DNA from: Mobula hypostoma
Lineage: Eukaryota
Reading direction: 5' to 3'
NCBI RefSeq assembly: GCF_963921235.1
Contig: NC_086097.1
Location: 131,318,001 to 131,382,000, forward strand
DNA length: 64,000 nt
Part shown: positions 1-13,869 of the stretch, piece after piece
Layout: every line of letters begins with the position of its first letter
Position numbering within the stretch: position 1 is the first letter of the stretch
Notes under the pieces: generated by a model
Told to the model about the DNA's origin: nothing
The model's database searches: none
What the model saw: the letters and a program-made list of their open reading frames with translations, nothing else
Program-made: the position numbers and the translations under genes

Positions 1-239
1 TGACTTTGGACATGGAAGGTGAGCACAACAGGTGACTGAAGCTTGTGCACGTACTTAGAGCTTGGGCTGTATACATTGGCCAGGTCATTGGGATGAACAA
101 CATTGCTTTTCTTCCAAAAAGCACAGTGGGAACTTTTACACCTACAGTATCTAAGAAGATGGGTACTGCCAATTGAAGGAAAACTGTTAAATGTGTCTCA
201 AAGTGCTTTATACACAATTACGTTCTTATGTGGGAGTTA

Positions 240-640
240 TGTTGTAGTGGAAATCGTGCTTAATCTTTGATGGATGGGCCACACCATTCACATGGAGTCC
301 CAGAATGCACTCCTCTTCAGATTCCACTTGACAAGAGGTCTACCCGAAGGACAGTGAAAATACTTCAAAGATGTTCTTAATGTCCTTAGGAATCCTTGGC
401 CTGTGTCTACTCAAAACAAAGAAGGAGCATCTGAAATGGAACTGAGCACTATGTGACTCTCTGGTGGGGTCTCATGATTTAAAATGAACAGAAGGAGTGA
501 GGTATATCTTAAGACAACCAGCTATCGTACACCTCCAGTCCCACAACCAATGGGAGAATCTGAAGGTCCAACTTAAGGATTATCCAGTTACCACAGAACT
601 CACAGAACTGGAGGAGAAAAAAAAAATCCTTGTTCACTAT
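240..640 (+). mobile_element. Degraded RTE-like LINE 3' remnant
   Basis: Resembles the RTE ORF C-terminal region (gatggatgggccacacc...ggacagtgaaaatacttcaaagatgttcttaa); heavily decayed. Confidence 0.35.
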
Positions 641-789
641 GCACTGTCTATGTAGGAAACAGAGACATCCCACAAACAGAAATACAACAATGACTAAGTA
701 ATCTCACGTCATTTGAGGACTTGTGAACACAAAGCACCCTCAAGCAGAAATGAGATTATTTCAGGTTATTGGGTTATTTCAGGTCAGTT

Positions 790-897
790 GAAACATAGAA
801 ACATAGAAACATAGAAAATAGGTGCAGGAGTAGGCCATTCGGCCCTTCGAGCCTGCACCGCCATTCAGTATGATCATGGCAGATCATCCAACTCAGA
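790..897 (-). mobile_element. CR1 LINE 3' tip (young family, extremely 5'-truncated)
   Basis: (GAAACATA)3 followed by gaaaataggtgcaggagtaggccattc..., nearly identical to the 3' ends at 46996, 49870 and 58089. Confidence 0.85.
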
Positions 898-999
898 GGG
901 ATGCATATTGCCTGGAATACTACACCATTTTGTTAAAACACTCTTCTTGGATCCTCAACACCTACCAGTAGATATTACCAGATAGACACAGAATAGATA

Positions 1000-1140
1000 G
1001 TGGCTTTCCTCTACAGTCCTGATGAAGGGTTCCGGCCTGAATCATTGACTGATCATTTCCACGGATGCTGCCCAACCTGCTGAGTTCCTCCAGCGTGTTG
1101 TGAGTGTTGCTTTGACCCCAGCATTTGCAGATTATTTTGT
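1000..1140 (+). mobile_element. Penelope-like element terminus with decayed hammerhead ribozyme motif
   Basis: cagtc-ctgatga-agggttccggcct-gaat-catt-gactg (1014-1051), then the ggatgctgcc..ctgctgagttcctccagc terminal block also found on the GIY-YIG-bearing copy at 15480-16086. Confidence 0.7.
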
Positions 1141-1628
1141 GGTTAAGGTAATGGCTCCGTGTACCCGAAGGGTGGCACCTCTCAGAGTGCGCAACACCTT
1201 CAGTAATTCCAGGCATGCTAGCCTGGAATTTTGAAATGAACACCCTGGATTAAAGACTTTGATCCACAATCTTCTGACCCAAAGCACGTGTAATACCAAC
1301 TGCATTAGAGCTGATGCACTCCATGATAGATTCAGTACATTAAGGCCATTTAAACTGTAATCAAATTTATGAAATTATTTCAAAAAGCACATTTTGAGAT
1401 ATTGGACACAGAGACATATCTCTTCATTGGTCCAGTCTAGTCTGAAGTAGGCTTTACCTTGCTTTGGGCAATTTGTTTTTGATATTTCATTTAACTTCTT
1501 TCTACTTTTTGTTAATTGAACTAAGCTCACTTAAGTGGAAGAAAATGTAGGCTATTTGGCACTGTTGTACTTGGCTGGGAACCAATAAGATTCCGTTCTT
1601 TTACCTGTATCTTGCAATAACTCATATA

Positions 1629-2387
1629 CAGTGGATTCCAGTTAACTGGGACACATTGGGACCAAAATATTTGGCCCACATAAGCAGCTGTCCCAATTAG
1701 CTGAAATTTCATAGAAGTGGTTAAAAAGGTGTAAAAAGACAAACTGAGAAACAAATAATGTCTTTAAATGAAATACAGAACAACTTAGAACACTACCAAT
1801 ATTGCTACAGTACTATAATAATGCGATTTGTTCCTAATAATTATCGAAGGAGGAATTCATCCAGTGTACACAATGAACAAAATCAGCACTGACTCCTTGT
1901 ATGGACTGCCTTCATACAATGCTATCAACGATTGCATTCTCCAGATCTTCATTTTCATTGAAACTTACAAGATGATTGTTAATACCTTGAAATTCTTCAT
2001 AGGTTCAAACTTGTTGAAATAGTATTTTCCCAGCATTTTCTGGCATCTCCAAGCCTGAATGCTTGAAACTGCAGTGAGCAAAACAGTTCTGAATTCTCAT
2101 CAACTATCAGTGATAAAAATCACAGCTTTTCAAACACAAACACACACAACTGTTGCTATTTACTAACTGTTTGCTCTAAGCATGATGTAGTGTCTAATGG
2201 CCACACAAGTGCATGTGACTGATGCTAATTAGAATTTGTTTGGCAGCAATCTCCTGCCCCAATTAAACCGCATAGTATCACAAATAAAGGAAGGGAATCC
2301 CAGCAATTTTCTCAATTAGTTTTTGTTCTTGAAGACTTGTCCCAAATAAGTGGCTGTCCCGATTTCCAAATTAATCAGAATCCAGTG
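1629..2387. mobile_element. Tc1/mariner (Tigger/pogo-like) non-autonomous DNA transposon, copy 1
   Basis: TIRs cagtggattc...gaatccagtg with TA on both sides (1627-28, 2388-89); collinear with the copy at 6224-7059. Confidence 0.8.
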
Positions 2388-3369
2388 TAATTTCATACTT
2401 CTAATATATATAAATATATCTGGTCAGTGACTGAACCTTCACGACTGTCTGGGTAGAGAATTCCAAAAATCATGATCCTCTGATTAATTCCTTTTGTTGT
2501 CCCATCCTGCATGGCTGACCCCTCATTTTAAAATGTGACCCCTGGTTCCTGACACCAAATTCAAGAAAATCATTATCTCTGCATCAACCCAGCCAACATA
2601 ATCAAGGACATCGTCATATTCTGAAGATCCTTTTAACAACAGTGGGAAATATTCCCCGCATTCTGATGTATTTTAATCAAAAATACTGAAGGCATTGCTA
2701 GCTAATGATCTGCGATGGTGAAACTCTTGGGGAAGAGACAGGGATGGGGAAAAAATCTGTGGAACTTGAAGTAACAGTTAATTTAATATTTTACACTCAG
2801 TGCTTTTCTAACCTGGGGTCCCTGATTTTAATTGCTTCTCACCATTAGTGTCTGCCCCAGGACCGAAACCATAGATCTCCCTCCAGATAGCCTTAGACAT
2901 CTGTATTGTTCATCTTAAAGAAACACTTTCAACCTTATCTAGTTATCTGTTCTAGTATCATCAACTGTGTAGTTGGCATGCGGGAGGAAAGCATTTTGAC
3001 TTCATGTGTATAGATGATCTGATTAGTCACGTTCAGATTCAGATTCAGATTAGCTTACTGTCATATACTCTAGGGTACAATGAAATTCCTCACTCATGTG
3101 AAGCTCACAAAATAAACAGTATACATGGAGTAATAAATATAACACTAAATACCACGATGAGTGCAATGCAATGGAATGGTGCAAAGTACAGTAATGTAAA
3201 CGGACATGCTAAAGTGATAGGAATGGAAGAGATAGAATTAAGGATTTGAGAATATGAATGTGATCAGGAAGGGGTGATTGGTTCAGACTTCTGATAGTGT
3301 GGGAAAGATGTTCTGAGTCTTCATAAAGAGTCTTATGGAGCTGTGTGGATGCTTTCCTTTATTAGCTGA

Positions 3370-3665
3370 TGCCTGGGATATGAGATCAGGGTGATTATAC
3401 TAGAACTGTGCTGGAACTGTATAAAACATCTGTAAGGCCACAACCCGAGTACAGCATACTTTTCTGGTCATCACCTTAGAGGAGTGACGTGACTTTACTG
3501 AAAGGGTGCAGGGGAGTTTTAGGAGGATGTCACCAGGAATTGAAAATTGTAGTTATTAGGAAAGGCTGGATAAGCTCAAGTTGTTTTCTTTGGAAGAGAG
3601 GAGGCTGAGAAGAGCCTTAATTACAGTGTATAAAATTATCTGGGCCTAAATAAAAGTAAATAGGA
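3370..3665 (+). mobile_element. Degraded CR1 ORF2 3' fragment
   Basis: Decayed LYKTLVRP-LEY...FWSP-type sequence and ttttctttggaagagaggaggctgaga. Confidence 0.6.
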
Positions 3666-4234
3666 GCGATATACAAAAGGCTGCAGATTGTGGACTCTGA
3701 GAAGAAGGAAGGCAACGAGAAACCAAATAGGGGATGTGGAGTGGTCAGAAAACACAATGGACCTGGTGAGAAGAGGGTATGGGTGATTAGCATATGGAGT
3801 AGATGGGTGAGGAGAAAGAAACTCTGAGATGTTGGACTGGGGTGAAGGGGTTTTTGGGAAAATGGTATGTGTGAAAGGCCTGGGTAGATTATATAGGGAG
3901 AGAAAGTGACAGGGGGAGTAGTTTAACTGAAATTGGAGAGCTCAGTGTTCCTGTCATTGGAATGTGAGGGACTGTTCCTCTACTTTGTGCTTCGCCTCAC
4001 CCTGGCAGTGGAGGAGCCGATGAGTGTAGAACTGCTAGACCATTGCTCTTTTCCACTTAAAATGGAGGTGACATCCTGAATGATACTCTTCTTCCATTAT
4101 GTGATTCAGTGTAAGTTTTGTTGATAGAATCCTTGTGAGCTGTTTTGGGACATTTTGCAACATTTTAATCAGATTTCTGCAGTTGCATCCAGGAGGATCC
4201 TCTGCATGCAAGCCCCAAGGCAGCATCACACTAA

Positions 4235-4440
4235 GGAGGTAACTCAGAAAGTCGAGCAGCATCTATGTCGGAGGGGTGGTGGGGGGAGGAGGAAATGTCG
4301 ACCTTTTGGGTTGAAACCTCTGAATCAGGACATCCAGTTGCAAAATCTGTTCCCCTCCACAGCTGCTGCTTGACCTGCAGTGTTCTCCAGCAGACTGATT
4401 GTTGCTTCAAACTCCAGCATCTGCAGTCTCTTGTGTCTCC
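4235..4440. mobile_element. Palindromic Penelope-terminus-derived element
   Basis: gtcgagcagcatct...gctgctgcttgac inverted arms around a decayed minus-strand hammerhead-like motif; ends ctccagcatctgcagtctcttgtgtctc. Confidence 0.55.
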
Positions 4441-5466
4441 ACAAATTAGAACACATGTTAAGTGGGACAAAGAACACTTTGACAACCTTTGAAATTCCAG
4501 CTCCTCTGGCAGATCCTTTTCCTCTTTAATCTTCATACTCTGATAGAGACATTGATCCATAGCATTATTCTACCTTTTAGTGGAAACAGGATGTCCATGC
4601 CAATAAACTTGCCTACCTGAGCTAGTCCTATTTGTCTGTGTTTGGCCCATATCTCTCTATCTTGAGCAGGCTCCTATCTTCACACTCCTCTTCCACCATC
4701 TTTTTCTATCTTTTTTTCTCTTTTCTTTATTGTCTGCTTAAACCTATTATTCACCTGTTGTCTTCCAATTCTCCCAAATATCACATCCCTAACCTGACAC
4801 TACCAACTTACCATCTTACACACCTCCTCAATCCACCAATAACCTCATAATCCTTTCTCAACTCTACCCTGCTCCTCCTTGTGAAGACCATCTCACCCAC
4901 TTCCCACACAATTCCCAACTCCAACTTTAACCTCTGCCAGCAGGCCTCATCTTCTTTCCAGCAGAGTCATGAAACCTACATTGGTTGTAGCACTGATCAA
5001 AATTTGTCAGTGCTGAATAATTGCTTGGGCCTTGGGATTCTATGTATGGAGACTTGCTCTACCTGTGCACTCACAAGTATATATATATATAACATTTTAT
5101 ACATATAATAATGCAGAAGAAGACAATAGTATCCATGTCAACCATTAGTCTAATTCCTTCCTTTCCTTAACTCCCAGCAACTTATTTCTCTTACATATGG
5201 CCATCAGCTTCCTTTCTTATTCTTTATGCCATTAACTTCACAGAGCTAATTTACAGAGATTTAAATTCACTTATCAGCAAGTCTTTGGGATGTGGGGGAA
5301 AACCTGAGGAAAATCCACTTGCATAGACAGCAGCTGAGGTCAGGATTGAACGGAGGTCTCTCCAGTTTAATACTGGAGCCTAAAGACGAATCTGTTACAG
5401 AATGGTGAGAGTATTCTAATATCTATCAAATAAAATGTGAAATGAAGGCCCTGCCTATTCTTTGAG

Positions 5467-5851
5467 AATCAGAATCAGGTTTATTATCACCGGCATTTGA
5501 CATGAAATTTGTTAACTTAGCAGCAACAGTTCAATGTAATACATAATTTAGCAGAGAGAGAGAAAAATAATAAATAAAATAAAACATAATAATAAATAAA
5601 CAAGTAAATCAATTACGTATCTTGAATACATCATTAAAAAATGAAGAAAAACAGAAATACTCTATATTAAAAAAAAGCGAGGTAGTGTCTAAAGCTTCAA
5701 AGTCCATTCAGGAATCGGACGGCAGAGGGGAAGAAGCTGTTCCTGAATCGCCGAGTGTGTGCCTTCAGGCTTCTCCTACCAGACGGTAACAGTGAGAAGA
5801 GGGCATGCCCTGGGTGCTGGAGGTCTTTAATAATGGACGCTGCCTTTCTGA
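5467..5851 (-). mobile_element. Rex1/Babar-type LINE 3' fragment
   Basis: Encodes LRKAASIIKDLQHPGHALFSLLPSGRR..RFRNSFFPSAVRFLN; (CTGATT)n tail; same family as 44459-45408. Confidence 0.8.
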
Positions 5852-5864
5852 GGCTTTCTGTGGA

Positions 5865-6090
5865 AGATGCCATTTGCCTTTTTGAAGAAGAGGAAGGGAG
5901 TTCTATCTGTGTTTGGCAGCTTTTTCCCTCAACAGAATTAAAATGAGAGTGTCTTTTCAATTTCAGTTCACTGTTTGTGGGAACTTGCCAGTTGCAATGG
6001 TGAATGTACTTGAAGAATAGTTTATTAAGTGTGAATCACTTTGGATTATTCTGAGGATGAAGAAAGCACTACAAAAATGGAGACATCGTC
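5865..6090 (+). mobile_element. DeuSINE (SacSINE1/AmnSINE1-like) remnant
   Basis: gaagaagaggaagggagttct..ttccctcaac..ctgtttgtgggaacttgc..actttgg..ctgaggatgaagaaagcactacaaaaatg resembles the Deu domain plus tail. Confidence 0.55.
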
Positions 6091-6223
6091 ACTTTCATTC
6101 ATAGCCCTGAAGTTCTGGAATTATTGCTTCTGAGTTAAAAAAAAATTAGATCCCTCATTCACTAACTCTACTTTTTCCGCCAGAGATGTTGCAAAACACT
6201 TGAGTGAATCCAATGTTTCATTC

Positions 6224-7059
6224 CAGAGGATTCCACTTAATTGGGACACATTGGGACCAGTACATTTTGACCTAATTAAGTGGCTGCTCCAATTAGCCGA
6301 AGTTTCATGGAAGTAGTTAAAAAGGTATGAAAAAGACAAACTACCATTTAACTGAGTGACAAATTATAGATTAAAATGAAATAAAGAACAAATTAGAACA
6401 TTACCAATACAGCTTCAGTACTATAAAACTGTGTGTTGGTTCCTAATAGTTATTAAAAGAAGAATGCATCCACTGTATGCTGCTGTGTTCTTCTGATTGA
6501 CTGTCAATGAACAAAATCAGCAGAGACACCTAGTGCAAATAATGTACTGCATTCATGCAATGCTTTTGATGATTGCACCTTCCAAATCTTCATTTCCAAG
6601 ATAACATTCAAGATGATTGACAATACTTTCAAATTCTTCATAGTTCCTAAAGTGTTGATATAGTGAAGTCATTTCATTTTCATTCCTGGCCATTTCTAGC
6701 ATCTCCAAGCCTGAATGCTTGAAACTGCAGTGAGCAAAACCATTCTGAATTGTCTTATTGCTTATTGCTTGCTAACTATCAGTGACAAAAATCACTGCTT
6801 TTTAAACACAAACACACAACTGACGCTATCTAGAAACTTTTCACTCAAAGCATGATCCAATAGCCACACAAACCACAAAACTGACATGAGCTAGAAATTT
6901 GTCAGCAACAGTCTGTTGTCCAATTAATTAACATAGTGTTCCAAATAAATGAAAGGAATCCTGGCAATTTTCTCCATTTTCTCGATTTGTTTTTTAAGAG
7001 CTGTCCCAAATAAGTGGCTGCATCAATTAACCAATGGCCCAATTAACTGGAATGTATAG
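6224..7059. mobile_element. Tc1/mariner (Tigger/pogo-like) non-autonomous DNA transposon, copy 2
   Basis: Aligns along its length with 1629-2387 (e.g. gcatctccaagcctgaatgcttgaaactgcagtgagcaaaac is identical); decayed TIRs. Confidence 0.75.
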
Positions 7060-7414
7060 TATATTGTTTATTTTGATCTGGACTTACTTTAAGATCATTT
7101 GATGAAACATTAAATTCAAGGCAGTTTTGAATTTAAGGGGAATGAAGAAAGGCACTGGTTTGTAATCACAGAGTGGGAGAGATGAAATCATTGAAAATGC
7201 CCCCCATGATTGGATCACTTTGGTTCTCCATGGAGAATTGACTCGTTAGCATCAACATGGTGGAAATTGTTCACCTCTTCATTTTCCCAAGCCTTTTTGT
7301 TGGCTAGAAAGCAAAAATTGCACAACTCTCTTCATGCCCAGACAAATGCAATACCAATAGCAGTCGAAAAGCTCAAAACCCAAATATTTTCACCTATTTC
7401 ATTAATGACATTCA

Positions 7415-7830
7415 CAAGAGTAATAGAGTCATACAACACAGAACTGGGCTCTTTGGACAACACATCTAGGCTGACCTTTTACAAATCTACATTAATTCCA
7501 TTGGCCGCATTTGGACCATTCTGTGTATAAAACTAACCCTTCGGATCTCCTTCGAAACTCCTTACTTTCGTCTTACGCCAGTAGCACCTTGTTTTAGATA
7601 CTGTGCCAAGGAATAAAGAAACTGATAATCTACGCTATACATGTGCCTCACATTATTTTATATACCTATATCATGCCAGCCACCGGCTCCTGGGAAAATA
7701 AGTCTGGTCTATCTAATCCCTGCCCATAACTGAAGTCATCCAACCCAGGCAACATCCTAGTGATCTCCTCTGTACTTTCTCCAGTCAAACTCATTTTTTC
7801 TGTAGTGTGGCCACCAGCATTGCACGCTTC
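7415..7830 (-). mobile_element. Degraded CR1 3' fragment
   Basis: agagtcatacaacacagaa tail region; ccaggcaacatcctagtgatctcctctgtactttctcc is the antisense of the ERVQRRFTRMLPG motif. Confidence 0.65.
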
Positions 7831-9909
7831 TATCATGAGATCAGAAGTACACTGATGTTTGGAGGATGTTCATTTCAGTTGCAGCTCCTTGGCAACTGAA
7901 GCAGCCCATGCCTGCATATAGCATCATCTATGCTACATGCTTGCATGGGCTTGCAAGTGGCAAACAACATCGATGCCACAAGAGTATCAAATGATGAATA
8001 TGTCCAACAAGAGGAAGTTTAACCACCTACCCTTGACTTACAATGATATCACTATGTTGGATCCTTCACCGTCAACAAAAGGCTAACATTAACCTGAAAT
8101 CTGAATGAAGCAATCAGATAAACACTATGGTACTATGTGTATACCTATGGTGAGTGACTTAACCCAAAGTTTTTCTGCCATCTATAGATTATCAAAAGAA
8201 GATAACATACCTGTCGAAGATGAGTTCAGTTCCAGCAGCACAAGAAGCAGAAAGCACCAAGATAAACCTCTTCATTGGCACCCTGATCTAGTCACCCTAA
8301 ACACGCCTTCCTTTCACCACCATTTCAAAGTTACTGCTGTGTCTATTTGCTATAAAGTGCCCTGCGGTTTCTCACCCAAACAGGCTCTTAGGCCCATCTA
8401 GTCCATGCTTATTAACCTATTTTGAAAGCACTTTCCAAATCCACCAAGCAGTAGGCTCACAGAAACACCATCATATGCGTATCTCTTTCTGAACCACACA
8501 CTGTTCCATCACGGAAGTATATTGCTGTTCCATCATCATCATTGCATCTCCATCTGGGAACACCATCTCCAACAGCACCGTGAGTGTACCTTCACCAGAA
8601 GGACCACAGCAGAGAAAGCGTCACCTTACCACCATGTTCTTATGGGGAACATGGTGATGGGAAGTAAATACTGATCTTGACCATGAGACTTGCATTGCAA
8701 ATTAACAAGCAACAGATAACCTGGCAACCAGGCTTTCAAGAAAGCAGTGGGATAAAGTTCCACTCCCTTCCTACAAATGTCACGCTCTGCCCAGGCTCTT
8801 TCTTCACTGTCTTACATAATTTATGTATGATTTTTAAAGTTCAAAGCAAATTCACTATTGTATTATGTTTATGTTACACGAGACTACCTTGAGAATCACT
8901 TTCTTGCAGGTATTTACTGGGGGAAAAATACTATAGAATTTTATGGCAAAATAAACAGACAAAGGTTGACAAAGAACCAATGTGCAAACGAAGACAGACT
9001 GCGCAAGTATAAATAATACTGAGGACATGAATTGTAAAGGGTCCTTGAAAGTATCTATGGGTCATAGAGTCATTTCGGAGTAATGGTGAGTGAAGTTATC
9101 CACGCCTGTTCAGGAGCTTGATAGCTGTAGGGTAATAACTGTTCCTAAACCTGATGGTGTGGGACCTAAGGCTTCCATACTTCTGCCACTGGAAGTGGGG
9201 ATCTTTGATGCTGGACCTGTTCTGTGTGTTGTCTGAATCGAGGTGCCATAAACATGTTTTTCATTTTACCTGTATTTGCGAATTTGACAGTAAATGTCTT
9301 GATTTGAAAGTTGGGGAGGGCAAAAGTTACATGTGGAAAACAGTGTGGCACACATAGGGTTAAATTTCTTGTCAATCAATAACATTTTTACACTTTTAAT
9401 TAATGCTTTATATGCCATATGAATAATCATGATAATTTGCACAGTGATTTCTTGCTGTTGGAGACCTAATCCATTACTTGCTTCAATGAACCGTCATGTA
9501 GCTTATGTGCAATTCTTTCAGCCGGAGGTGATGGAAATACCTGAGGCCCTACAAGCCCCCATTAATAATAGTTATCATTAATATGTATAATTCATGAGAA
9601 AATTTGTTTGTCAAACATTCCAGGCAGGTCGGTTAATTCCTAGATCAATTGATAACATTCACACCAGCTTGAATTGAGATACTTCAACTTGAAGCTTTTT
9701 ACCCTTCATCACCATTTTGTTTGAACAAACCAAGCACTGAACTCTCTGCAAAGTGAAATGTTATACAGTATTAACCATGTTCTGGACTTCCAGTAACAGA
9801 TTTTTCTGGAAATGATTACAGCGTGACAGGTGATTAAAATTTATGGCTGGAATTTCTGCAGCCCACTTTAACCATGGATAAGAATCATTTGAGTTTAGCT
9901 GAATACTGA

Positions 9910-10230
9910 GTGGTGTGGTGGTCAAGTTACTGAACTAGCAATCAAAGTTCAGCGGCAATGATCCAGAGATGTTAGCTTGAGTCTCACCATGGCAGCTGGG
10001 GGACTTAAGTTCGAGTAATTAAATAAAATCTGGAATTAAAACAAAGTAATAATGTTAACCGTGACACCAATGGATTGCTGTAAAAATCCATCTGGTTCAC
10101 TTGTGTCCTTCAGAGGAGATCTGTTGTCCTTATCCAGTGCGGCCTGAAGTGTATGAGACTTCAGAGCTGCTAATGTGGCTGACTTTTGACTGCATGATCA
10201 CTCAGAGATAATCAGAGTGTGCAATAAATG
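9910..10230 (+). mobile_element. tRNA-derived SINE (second copy at about 12865-13120)
   Basis: Head gtggtgtggtggtcaagttactgaactag; body ...ctggttcacttgtgtccttcag is shared with the 12865 copy; ends aataaatgc. Confidence 0.55.
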
Positions 10231-11029
10231 CAAGAAACTGCATTGAGTTCTGGTCACAGCTCAGCACATTACAGGAACTAGCCTTCCCTCCAGGGAGTCT
10301 CCACTTCTTGTTGCCTTGGTAAATTAGACAACATAACAAAATCCTACCAAACCTCTCATCACCCCCCTCAAATTGGGCAGAAAATACAAAAGCCTGAAAG
10401 CAAATAGCACCAGGATCAAGGGTAGCTTCTGTTAATCAATGGTTCCCTAGCATGATAAGGTAGGCTCTTGACCTCACAATCTACCTTGTGAGATCAAGAG
10501 TTTACCTTATTGTACACTGGTAGACTTTCCCCGTAGAGTGCACCTGCACTGCACTTTCTCTGTCCTTTAGCACTTTATTCTGCATTCTGTTATTGCTTTA
10601 CCTTGTACAATGTCAATGCACTGTTGTAATGAATTAACCCGAAATGAAGGAAGACATTCCTTGGTATATGTGACAATAATAAATTAATTTACCAATTCAC
10701 TAAACATTTCCAGAGATGTTCATATCTCATCAAAGAATAAAAAAAAACCTTACTGATCATTCTTTCTTTCCCTTGCCATGAGATCTTAACAAACTAAGAG
10801 CAGAAGTCATAGATGCAGGGTAAGGAGAAAACACTTAGAGGGGATATGAGGTGAATCTGCTTCAGTCGGAGAGTGGTGACTACCTGAATCACACTGCCAG
10901 AGTGGTGGAAACTGGTTACAGCAATTAGGAAATGTCCAGATGATCACTTGAATCACCTCATCATAGTAGGTTATGTATCAAGCATTGGAAGAAGGGATTA
11001 ATAAGGATGGGTGCCTTATCAGAAGTTAC

Positions 11030-11545
11030 ACAATTGGTAATTGCTTTATTATTGCCACATGTACTGCGCTATGGTGAAAAGTTTTTACTTGTGTGTCATC
11101 CTGACAGATCATTCCACACAGGTATACAGTGCATTGAGATAGTACAACAGTGTGCAGAATATAGTGTTACAGTTACAGTGAAAATGCAGTGCAGGTAGAC
11201 AAATAAAGACATGAAAGGGTAGACTGGGAAATCAAGTATTCATTATTTTCACAGAAGAGTTTGATAACAGTGGGATACAAGCTGTCCTGGAGCCTGGTGG
11301 TATGTGTTTTCAAACTTTTGAATTTTCTGCCAGATGGAAGGTGGGAGAAGAGAGAATGACCAGGGTGGGAAGGGTGATTGATTATGTCATTGCGTTTCCT
11401 GGGGCAGCAGGAAGTGTAGACAAGCTGGTTTATGTGTTGGACTGTGCTGCATTCCCAATTCGCTACAATTTTTCGCGGTCCCAGGCAGAACAGCTGCCAT
11501 AGCAAGCTATGATGCCTGTAGATAGAATGTTTTCTATGGTACAAG
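11030..11545 (-). mobile_element. Rex1/Babar-type LINE 3' fragment
   Basis: ORF 11173-11571 contains HPGHSLFSHLPSGRKFKSLKTHTTRLQDSLYP. Confidence 0.65.
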
Positions 11546-12092
11546 CTTATCTTTATTTTTCCATTTACCACAGCTCAGAGTACATTCATCTGTTGTTTTA
11601 CTTTTGCTAGGGGAAGACATGTTGATGGAAGCCAGACTAGAATATGAACAAGTTATATCAAATTATGACAGGTCAGGCCCCATGAGCCAGTTGGCATTTC
11701 TTCATCTTTTATCTCAAGTTACAACATAAATTGATTTGATCTCCTGATCTCCATACTTTCCTGAGCAAGGTTAGAGTTTGGGTTAAGGAAACAAGTACAA
11801 ACCTTTTGAGCTGAAATTCAGTACAGGAATAGCAAAATCAACACCCATATAATCAGAGGCATTTACTTGGCAGGAAAGGGTCTGTTTTCCAAGGATCACC
11901 CCATAATGAAAGCTTGGCTCTGGATTCTTTGTCACTTACCAAGCACAACTTATTTTACATCAAACCTAGTCAGATACAGAAGCCACAACATGTCAAAGGT
12001 TGTCATGCCCCTCTTACGATGAACCAGATCCTTCAGCTTTCTCTGCTATGATCCTACCCAAACTAGGTGTGAGCATGACTCAGTCAAACCAG

Positions 12093-12297
12093 CGGAGACA
12101 CATGAGACTGCAGATGCTGAAATCTGGAACAACAATCTGGAGGAACTCAGCGGATTGGGCAATATCTGCGGGCAGAAAAAAATTGTCGATGATTTGTGTC
12201 CTGATGCAGGGTTTTGACCTGAAAGTTAAACAATTTGTTTCCTTGCACAGGAGATGCTTGACCTGCTGTGTTCCTCCAGCAGATTGTTGCTTCAGTC
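12093..12297. mobile_element. Palindromic Penelope-terminus-derived element with central hammerhead-like motif
   Basis: Arms caacaatctggaggaactcagc / gctgtgttcctccagcagattgttg; centre gtcctgatgcagggttttgacctgaaa (12198-12234). Confidence 0.65.
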
Positions 12298-12659
12298 TAG
12301 ACCAAACTTTACAAAATTCTCTCGTGGTGCATTGTTTGCCCAGAGTCCCTCCCACCTCCAAATCAATCTCATTCCATAGAACTCCAGGGGAAAATATCAT
12401 ACTTGTAACGCGTGTAACATCGGTTGACATCACCTTAAGAACTGTAACATGTAATTGAAGTGTTGTGGATACCTTGTGACACTGCAAAGCTTACTGGACA
12501 GCCTGTCACTGCAGGAAAGCCCACTGAAGAAATGGCTGCTTTGCAGAGTGCAAGTTCTTCAACAAACAAAATAATGTACCTTTTTGGTCATTCTTAAATT
12601 ATCAGCCATCCTCTGGCATCTCAAACAGTGAATGAGGAAGAATACTGTGATGGTTTTGA

Positions 12660-13215
12660 GGGAACACTAATAGAAGTATCTGGTTTCTATGGGACATTAA
12701 ACAACTCCTCCTTCTGCACTCTTTCAGCCAGATTCAAAAGATCTCATGGCATAGTGTTGTAGAAGAGCAAAAGCTCCGTCTGTTGTCGTAGCCAATACTT
12801 GTTCCTCAATGAACACCACTAAACAAATAAATCATCTGGTAATTATAGGATACAATGTAATTTTGTGGTTAAGTTACTGACTAGTAAGATGGTGGCTTGG
12901 ATGGCTGATTTGGAGCCAAAAGTTCAAATCTAGCCACAGTGCCTGGGAAATTTCATTTAATGTAATTTAATTAAAATGCAGGATTAAAATTCCAGTACCA
13001 GCGAGGGTAACCACAAAACTAGTGTATTGTAAGGCATGTAAAATTATTTTTTGGCTCACAATTGTCCTTCAGGAAAGTAGATCAGGCATACTTACCTAGC
13101 ATGGCTCATGTGGCAACCAGCCTGCCATGTTTTCTGCATTATAAAAGTGGCTGAACCTCATGTAGAGCTATTGAAACATCCTGAAAGGAAAGCACAACAT
13201 AAATGCAAGTATTTC
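12660..13215 (+). mobile_element. DeuSINE remnant interrupted by a tRNA-SINE (about 12865-13120)
   Basis: aaaagatctcatggca..gaagagca..gccaatacttgttcctcaa..ctggtaattat resumes after the insert as gctgccatgtttt..ataaatgcaagtatttct. Confidence 0.55.
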
Positions 13216-13869
13216 TGACAAGTTATGCATCAGATTCCGTCTATATATAATTCATGGAGTTTCTGTCATTCTCTTCATCCAATATAAATGCCCATCCCTT
13301 GAGCACATGGGTACACACACTACCAGGCTCACGGGCAGCTTTTATCCTGCAGTTTTCAGAGTCTCGAATGGAGCTCTTGTATGGTAAAGAAATCTTGATT
13401 TCTCAATCTACCTCGTCATGGCTGCTGCACCTTATTTGCCTACCTGCACTGCACTTTTTATGAAATGTACTGCTTTATTGTGTGTTCTGTTATTGGTTTT
13501 CTTTTTGATCTTCCTCGATGCAATTACAGTATGTATAGAAAGACCTGTTTGGATGGCACACAAACAAAAGCTTTTCACTGCATCTCAGCATACTTATATG
13601 ACAATAATAAACAAATTGCCAATTACTTCTTTAGTCTGTGTTTAATTTGTTTTGCATATGTTTGTTTTTGCATTGAATTGTTGGGTGCAGATGGAGAACA
13701 GAGAATTGGTGCTGAGGGAGGGACCAGCATTTGCTTAGTTAAGTATTATTGGTCCTAAACTCTGCAAAGCATCAGACAGCTTGGAAGTATAATGCCTTGA
13801 ATCCATATGCTCCAAGACACTGCAGAAACTAATCTCTTGGTATAAGAACAGGACAAATGGAATTAACGA

